Assembly: GCA_030614005.1 (NCBI GenBank)
Contig: JAUWKS010000024.1
Span: 16,166 to 48,165 of the forward strand
Length of the DNA: 32,000 nucleotides
Direction: 5' to 3'
From: Candidatus Heimdallarchaeota archaeon
GTDB lineage: Archaea > Asgardarchaeota > Heimdallarchaeia > JABLTI01
In this document: piece after piece, positions 26,266 to 32,000 of the stretch
Layout of the letters: each line of letters begins with the position of its first letter
How positions within the stretch are numbered: position 1 is the stretch's first letter
Notes under the pieces: model-generated
What the model saw: only the letters and a program-made list of their open reading frames with translations
What the model was told of the DNA's origin: nothing
Database searches by the model: none
Program-made: the position numbers and the translations under genes

Positions 26266-27177
26266 ATGAAGAAAAGTAGTATAGTACAAGATAACTATAA
26301 GCTAAACTCAAAAGTAGTTACAATTAGAGATTTAGATAAAGAATTATTTGAACGCTTTTCTTCGCTCACAAAAGTTTGGGGAAAAAATACCGGAACGATT
26401 TTCACAAATATTATCAAAAATTTTTTAGCAGGAAATGGATCAAATGTTTTTTTACCTCCTCTTGAGAATCACTTTAGGAGGAAGAACTTTGAACATCTTG
26501 AAATAATCGAAAATGAAGAGGAATTAATTATTAATAAAAAGGATTTGACATCTTTACCTGATAATGTGAAATTTTACTTCAGCAATATCAGAAAATTAGT
26601 TATTGCTGAAGACATTGATACAACCACTTTATTAAAATACATTTATCGAATTAAAAACTCAATTGTTGTTGTTCCAGATAGCATTGAAAATATACCCTTT
26701 CTATCTCTTTTACAAAATCATCCACAGTATCAATTCAGTGACCGCCAAACAAAAGATGTAACTATACGCCATGTAAATGAACAGACATGGAATGATTTCA
26801 CGGCCTTTTGTCAAATAAACAATACAAAAATTGGTTTCTTGTTAAGCGAAATTTTATGGGAAATAATCCCAGAAATGGAAATTACTCAGATCTTGCTCAG
26901 TAAAATCAAAGAACCTCACGATAATATCATTGTTATTTCAGCATTGAATTCAACTGAAATAAATCATGCAAATATTAATGCAATTAGTACAAAGATGGTT
27001 TTGTTTCATAGAATTAATGAATTGATATTTCAAGATGATATGACCAACAAAGATTTTCTTGAAAAAGTAGTTGGAATATACAATTGTCATAAAACAGTTT
27101 TTCCTAAATCATTTTCAAAATTGCTGAAACTTTCTCGAATACATAAATATCCTGTTTTTACTCCTTTGAAGGAGTAA
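26266..27177 (+). CDS. Hypothetical protein with an internal tandem duplication, each half starting with a ribbon-helix-helix-like motif
   Basis: KVVTIRDLDKELFERF...GTIFTNII and KDVTIRHVNEQTWNDF...GFLLSEIL, each followed by similar F.NI..LV..ED / FHRINELIFQDD segments. Confidence 0.7.
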   Translation: MKKSSIVQDNYKLNSKVVTIRDLDKELFERFSSLTKVWGKNTGTIFTNIIKNFLAGNGSNVFLPPLENHFRRKNFEHLEIIENEEELIINKKDLTSLPDNVKFYFSNIRKLVIAEDIDTTTLLKYIYRIKNSIVVVPDSIENIPFLSLLQNHPQYQFSDRQTKDVTIRHVNEQTWNDFTAFCQINNTKIGFLLSEILWEIIPEMEITQILLSKIKEPHDNIIVISALNSTEINHANINAISTKMVLFHRINELIFQDDMTNKDFLEKVVGIYNCHKTVFPKSFSKLLKLSRIHKYPVFTPLKE

Positions 27178-27327
27178 GTGCATGATTTTCTGATAATAGA
27201 CGTTATTTGTATGCCCTTATTAGTAAGGAAAGGCAAGTGCTATTTTATACGGAAGAGTTATATAATAATTAAAATATTCTCTCAATGTACTATTATTATT
27301 GTCGTATGAAAAAATGAGGTTTGTGAA

Positions 27328-27870
27328 ATGAAATACTATCGTTTGTTATTAGTATTAGGATTATTAATTCTTCCACTATTTTCCACTCCACTTCAAAATA
27401 TCATGATGACCCCAGAACAAGATACAACACTCTCAACACAGAGGGACCAATGTGGAACAGAACATAATTCTATTGAATATATTATCCGTGGTTTTTGGAT
27501 ATGCATTGATCACGCATATTATTATGACTTAGATGCCGATGGAATGGAGGATGATGTGTATACCATTATTACCGTTTATACTCTAAGTGGGTACGCAGAA
27601 ACAATTGATGCAGATATTTATCAATATCTAACTTTACCGTCCGGACTAACATACTATTTCCTTATTCAAGTAACTGGTTATGATTCCTGTTATAGCATAC
27701 ATGTGGAATGGTTTGATGTTGCAACCGAACCGGGTTGGTATACTATGAGAGCTACAGTTGCCAATTACAATTATTATGGATTCTCATATGATGAAGCTAT
27801 AGTAATTTTTGACCCCCCTGAAACAGCGCCAAATAGCGGTACTCCAAGAGTAAGTTGTGAAATATATTGA
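27328..27870 (+). CDS. Secreted hypothetical protein with a DxDxDG Ca-binding-like motif
   Basis: Signal peptide MKYYRLLLVLGLLILPLFS; DLDADGMEDD; Tyr/beta-rich body; GAGGT SD. Confidence 0.7.
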   Translation: MKYYRLLLVLGLLILPLFSTPLQNIMMTPEQDTTLSTQRDQCGTEHNSIEYIIRGFWICIDHAYYYDLDADGMEDDVYTIITVYTLSGYAETIDADIYQYLTLPSGLTYYFLIQVTGYDSCYSIHVEWFDVATEPGWYTMRATVANYNYYGFSYDEAIVIFDPPETAPNSGTPRVSCEIY

Positions 27871-27893
27871 AGAATTAAAAAAAATCAAAGCGA

Positions 27894-29012
27894 GTGTGTA
27901 ATTATACGCTAGAACTAACTCAAAAACATCTCTGTGTTCTCATTGCTATACAAGAGAACCCCCTTGGAACCTATGATTGGATTTCAAGTCGTGTCGGCCT
28001 TTCCAAATCAATTGTATTTGGAATTATTCAAGATCTTTCCTCACCTAAGCAACCTTTTTTCAACGTCGTTGCTACTACAAATATCTGGAATTTGGGAAAG
28101 GAAAGTATTGATCTTCTAATTGAAGCAGATAATGAAAAAAAGCTACAATTCGTTGAGAAGTTGTGTTATGAGCATCCGTATACACATTATCAAGCAAGAT
28201 GTTTTGGAGATAAAAATGGATTACTTGTTCAATTTAGTATTCCGAAAGAGACACGTAATTCTGTTATAGAATTATTTAACATCATTAAAGAGAAGAAGCT
28301 AATCGATGAATTTGATATTCTACCATTCGAAGGCGTAGAATCAATATATACAGCACCAAATGCAGATTTTTGGAACCCAATAACACACCAATGGCAATTT
28401 GATCTTGAGGAATGGTTCACGTGTGATGTTAAAAGTAAAAAAATCCCTCTACCAACAACAGAAGCAGGGTCAGCAAAAAATTGGTTGACACAATCACATA
28501 TTGCTATTCTGAAACATCTTGTTAAAGATGCCCGGAGAAAAAATACTGATATTATTGTTGATCTAAAAAAAGAAGGTTATGAATTTACCCCACAAACGTT
28601 TAGTCGCTACATCAAAAAAGTGAAAGATGAATGTATCAGTAATTACAAAGTAAATCTGGCTCCAACAATATTTGATTTGTATAGCACCGCGTTAATTTGG
28701 GGTTCTGCAAAACAATCTGGAATTAAAGATTTGGAATCCCGAATACTACAACTTTCATTCCCGTTCAGTTCTACATTTAAAACCAAAAATAATAATCTAT
28801 TTTGGTATCTGCATTTGCCCCCAAGTCATTTATCCAATGTTCTCTCCTACTTACGAAAAACATTGACAGATATGCATTTTAACTATGTAGATTTCAATCG
28901 AGCTACCTCATTTTTGCCATGGCCACCAACATTTGATAACGAAAAACATGATTGGCGAACAGATAGCGAATTTATGATTGATGGTGTTCTAAAAGGACTA
29001 AAAGTCCGTTAA
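27894..29012 (+). CDS. Lrp/AsnC-like transcriptional regulator with duplicated HTH + effector architecture
   Basis: ENPLGTYDWISSRVGLSKSIV and LVKDARRKNTDI...TFSRYIKKV HTH-like segments, each followed by a beta-alpha domain ending W.FD. Confidence 0.6.
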   Translation: MCNYTLELTQKHLCVLIAIQENPLGTYDWISSRVGLSKSIVFGIIQDLSSPKQPFFNVVATTNIWNLGKESIDLLIEADNEKKLQFVEKLCYEHPYTHYQARCFGDKNGLLVQFSIPKETRNSVIELFNIIKEKKLIDEFDILPFEGVESIYTAPNADFWNPITHQWQFDLEEWFTCDVKSKKIPLPTTEAGSAKNWLTQSHIAILKHLVKDARRKNTDIIVDLKKEGYEFTPQTFSRYIKKVKDECISNYKVNLAPTIFDLYSTALIWGSAKQSGIKDLESRILQLSFPFSSTFKTKNNNLFWYLHLPPSHLSNVLSYLRKTLTDMHFNYVDFNRATSFLPWPPTFDNEKHDWRTDSEFMIDGVLKGLKVR

Positions 29013-29069
29013 TCAGACAGTCAATCAATCATAAACTCTATCCATACAATGAATAGAAATTAGTTATTT

Positions 29070-29411
29070 TTAATCCACGAATTTAGTTTGTGTTGTTGGT
29101 CTTGGAGTTTTTATTACAAGTATACGTAAAATTGACTTGCTAGTATTATACCAACAGTGAACAATATTTGCGGGACTTTCAATTAAAGTATCAGCATCTA
29201 CTTCTTTTTTCTCTTCACCAATCTCTACTGTGCCATTCCCTTCTATAACGTAAAATATAACGTCGACTGGAGTAATATGCCTTAGTAGTTTTTCACCGGG
29301 TTGCAAAGTTAAATGGATAACATTTGCTTCCACCTTATTATACAATTTTCTAGAATCTACTTTATGTGGGTTGTCAAGCTTATCAACTTCTGCAGGTTTT
29401 TTTGTAATCAT
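29070..29411 (-). CDS. Cupin-domain protein
   Basis: LQPGEKLLRHITPVDVIFYVIEGNG...ESPANIVHCWYN; ATG 29411 preferred (AGGTGA SD). Confidence 0.85.
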   Translation of the reverse strand: MITKKPAEVDKLDNPHKVDSRKLYNKVEANVIHLTLQPGEKLLRHITPVDVIFYVIEGNGTVEIGEEKKEVDADTLIESPANIVHCWYNTSKSILRILVIKTPRPTTQTKFVD

Positions 29412-29502
29412 TATTATCACCTAATGAATAGAAGATAAAGAGGATTTTTTACAATAGCTCTTCATAAAATAAGGTTTCAAAATGATTTTTCTTAACATCT
29501 TA

Positions 29503-30333
29503 TTATTTTAGGTGTTTGTACAAATTAACAATACTCATTTGATAAGCGGGTTTTGTCGCATCTTTAGGCCAATAACCAGATGGCAAAGAAGGATGCTCAA
29601 TTACTTCCTCTACAGTTAATCCCTTTGCTTTTAGTTTAGTAACTGCTTCAAGTAATTGTTCAAATAATTCACGCACTTTAATTAAATAATTGATATCAAT
29701 TTTCGGTCCATGACCAGGTAAATAAGCAGCTAAGGACATTTTTTCCCACAATTTTAAGGTTTGAATCCAAAGACCAAAATCATTATCAGGTTCACCGAAA
29801 TAAGGTGAAACTTCAACTTGCAATAAATCTCCAGCAATCATTATTTGTTCTGGTTGGAAATAAATCGATGAAGAACAGTTTGTATGCCCACCTGTTACTT
29901 GAATTTGGATTTCCTTATTTTTACCTAACGTCCTTGTATTCTCAAACCAGATCGATGGCATGAAAAGTTTTACTACTTTTGCTGCTTCTGTAAAAGTAGG
30001 GAAATAGATTTCAAAACTCGCTACTATTTCTTTGGTAAATTCAGCTATAACAAAGCGTTCGATTTTTTCTTTAGAGGCAGTCGGAGCAATTACTTTTAGA
30101 TCTGAGAAAGCTCCCATACCAAAGAAGTGGTCTATGTGCCCATGAGTTAATATCAGGGTACTTGCTTTTTTGCCAAACTTTAGCTCCATATTTTTTCTAA
30201 ATTCAGAAGCAATAGTGGTATTCATCCCGGCATCCACAAAAATAAGCTCATTTTCCAATGAAATACAAACAGAATTTGATCCGAATTCGTTTTGAGCTAA
30301 AACTACTGATTTGGAGATCTCTTCATATGTCAT
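29503..30333 (-). CDS. Metallo-beta-lactamase-fold hydrolase (cyclase-like)
   Basis: FVDAG, LTHGHIDHFFG, GGHT, AGDL, PGHG. Confidence 0.88.
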   Translation of the reverse strand: MTYEEISKSVVLAQNEFGSNSVCISLENELIFVDAGMNTTIASEFRKNMELKFGKKASTLILTHGHIDHFFGMGAFSDLKVIAPTASKEKIERFVIAEFTKEIVASFEIYFPTFTEAAKVVKLFMPSIWFENTRTLGKNKEIQIQVTGGHTNCSSSIYFQPEQIMIAGDLLQVEVSPYFGEPDNDFGLWIQTLKLWEKMSLAAYLPGHGPKIDINYLIKVRELFEQLLEAVTKLKAKGLTVEEVIEHPSLPSGYWPKDATKPAYQMSIVNLYKHLK

Positions 30334-30423
30334 ACTTTAAACTTTAGAAGAAACAATATTAATTTTTAGAGAAATCTGAAAAAATGACAAATGTCAAAAA
30401 GAACGCTAAAAATATTAAATGAA

Positions 30424-31842
30424 CTAGTTTGTACTAGTTCCAACGAGTAATTCTTTACCCATACTTTTCAAGAAATTTTCAATTAAAGGTGTACTATAAG
30501 ATTCTTCGAAATACGCCATAGTAAAAAGTAAATTGTCTTCAAAAGTCATCGTTCCCATTAGAAAACCAGGTGCTTTCATATATGGTGTGAGCATAAAAGC
30601 ATCCACAGCATCTACTCCTTCAAAAGTAATATCATTTGCTTTTGTGAGTCCAATATTTGTAATAACAGGAAAAGAAGCTTTTAGCTCTACTTGTTCCTCA
30701 AGCGTTTTCCTAAGTATTTCCTTGGATTTCTTGAAAGGCATACTAAATAACAAACGAAGGAATAAAGCTGTCTCTAATCCTGTGCCTTTTCTTTTCATTT
30801 TGTTAGTGGATTTGTGGATTCGTTTAAGAGAGGTAGCAAAATCCTCTCCAGGAATATTACTAAATATTGGATGGACAGAAGCGGACAAGTTACAAAGTGA
30901 TTTTGCTTTCCTATTTGGCATATATGCTCGGAGGTTAGCTGTTATAGTGCCATAGATTTTTTTCTTGGCAGGAATATCCGTGATTTTAAATACTGCTCTA
31001 AAGAAAGCAGTGAGAATCAAATCAGTTATTGTCACCTTCGCTTTCTTGCTGAATTTCTTAATCATACGGTATTGATTTTTCGTGAAGCGATAAATAGCAT
31101 ACTTTCGGGTTTTAGCTTTAACTGCATCCCAAGGGAAAGCCCAAGTTGGAGGACGAATTTTAAATTGACTTATCACATGAATTTTTCTCCAAATACTCAA
31201 GTGTTTGAAAACTTGCTTTAGTGAACGATCGCTTTCAACATTTGGTTCAGGAAGATAAGTTGGATCTTTCTTTAGCTTATTGTAAATCTCTGACAATAAA
31301 ACAACATAATCTTGAATACCTCCACCATCCAAGACAAGATGGCTTGCTTTCAAACAAAGGGAATCGCCCCTTTTTGTTCGGAGAAATTTCAATTGTAATG
31401 GAATATCAGTAGTCGCATCGCAAGTAGCTGTAAGGAAATCTGAAACAGATTTATCAAGATCATTTGTTTCTTCAAAAGAACAGAGATTTAGTTTATGGAG
31501 ATCTTCTCTTCGTTTCCAAAAAACTTCTTCAGGCATTTCAACAAAACGACAACCAAGAACAGGTTCGGCATAAAAGGTAGTAGCTACAGCACGTTTCATT
31601 CTTGCAATATCAAAGAAACCTTCAAAATGTACAACACAATTAATTTGTTGGTCGGCAATGTAACCAAAAACATAGGTTAATTTGTCAAGCTCACCTGCAG
31701 CAAATTTCCTAGGAATCTTGGTTTCTAGTTGATATAAGTCAGAAAAATCAGCATTGCTTATACCTGTTTCAATTTCAGATAATTTAGAAGCAGTATTATC
31801 AGATATTGATTCGCGTAATAGATTCATATCAGTAACGTCCAT
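30424..31842 (-). CDS. Condensation-domain/CoA-dependent acyltransferase (PapA5/alcohol-acyltransferase-like)
   Basis: P.LGCRF, catalytic-type ASHLVLDGGG (HxxxDG), TITDLILTAF, ANLRAY, CNLS, TNIG. Confidence 0.75.
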   Translation of the reverse strand: MDVTDMNLLRESISDNTASKLSEIETGISNADFSDLYQLETKIPRKFAAGELDKLTYVFGYIADQQINCVVHFEGFFDIARMKRAVATTFYAEPVLGCRFVEMPEEVFWKRREDLHKLNLCSFEETNDLDKSVSDFLTATCDATTDIPLQLKFLRTKRGDSLCLKASHLVLDGGGIQDYVVLLSEIYNKLKKDPTYLPEPNVESDRSLKQVFKHLSIWRKIHVISQFKIRPPTWAFPWDAVKAKTRKYAIYRFTKNQYRMIKKFSKKAKVTITDLILTAFFRAVFKITDIPAKKKIYGTITANLRAYMPNRKAKSLCNLSASVHPIFSNIPGEDFATSLKRIHKSTNKMKRKGTGLETALFLRLLFSMPFKKSKEILRKTLEEQVELKASFPVITNIGLTKANDITFEGVDAVDAFMLTPYMKAPGFLMGTMTFEDNLLFTMAYFEESYSTPLIENFLKSMGKELLVGTSTN

Positions 31843-32000
31843 AGTTAGTAATAGTTAGTAATAATCCCAAGTTAGCAACAAGGGATGTCAAACAATACAA
31901 TAGGTTCATATCAATTATATTAAAGTTTTTTTAAGAAAAAAAAGAGAAATTGTAGCAGAATGAAATAACTCAAAAATGAAGACTTTAGAATAAAACAAAA

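Noticed and set aside
1547-31680. Many 60-140 aa ORFs antisense to or nested in long genes (e.g. 1547..1753, 7013..7339, 12436..12753, 30533..30955)
   Set aside because: Shadow ORFs of well-supported genes with no motifs.

Overview
AT-rich archaeal chromosomal window. Archaeal markers are ABCE1, Cdc48, Ftr/Mch, a Phr-type regulator and a tRNA with a bulge-helix-bulge intron. An Asgard-type host is plausible but is only an inference. The left part is housekeeping: ABCE1 C-terminus, WecB, mch-ftr, PlsY, an hsp20-cdc48-phr heat-shock cluster with a candidate operator, an HD protein, a frameshifted methyltransferase, a heterodimeric ABC exporter and DegV. The standout is 19.7-24.6 kb. An intron-containing tRNA-Pro(UGG) on the minus strand is followed by five same-orientation 34-bp copies of a tRNA 3' end (T-arm + acceptor strand + CCA). 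These repeats separate compact, unrelated gene cassettes: nucleotidyltransferase + small partner, a membrane protein, an ArsR regulator, and an RloB + ABC-ATPase (AbiL-like) defence pair. No integrase lies in the array. One repeat is a chimera of the tRNA and the repeat consensus, which suggests an integron-like cassette array or stack of non-autonomous elements recombining at the tRNA T-arm. The right part holds small accessory, regulatory and metabolic genes ending in an HxxxDG condensation-type acyltransferase. All calls come from manual motif recognition; no database searches were run.
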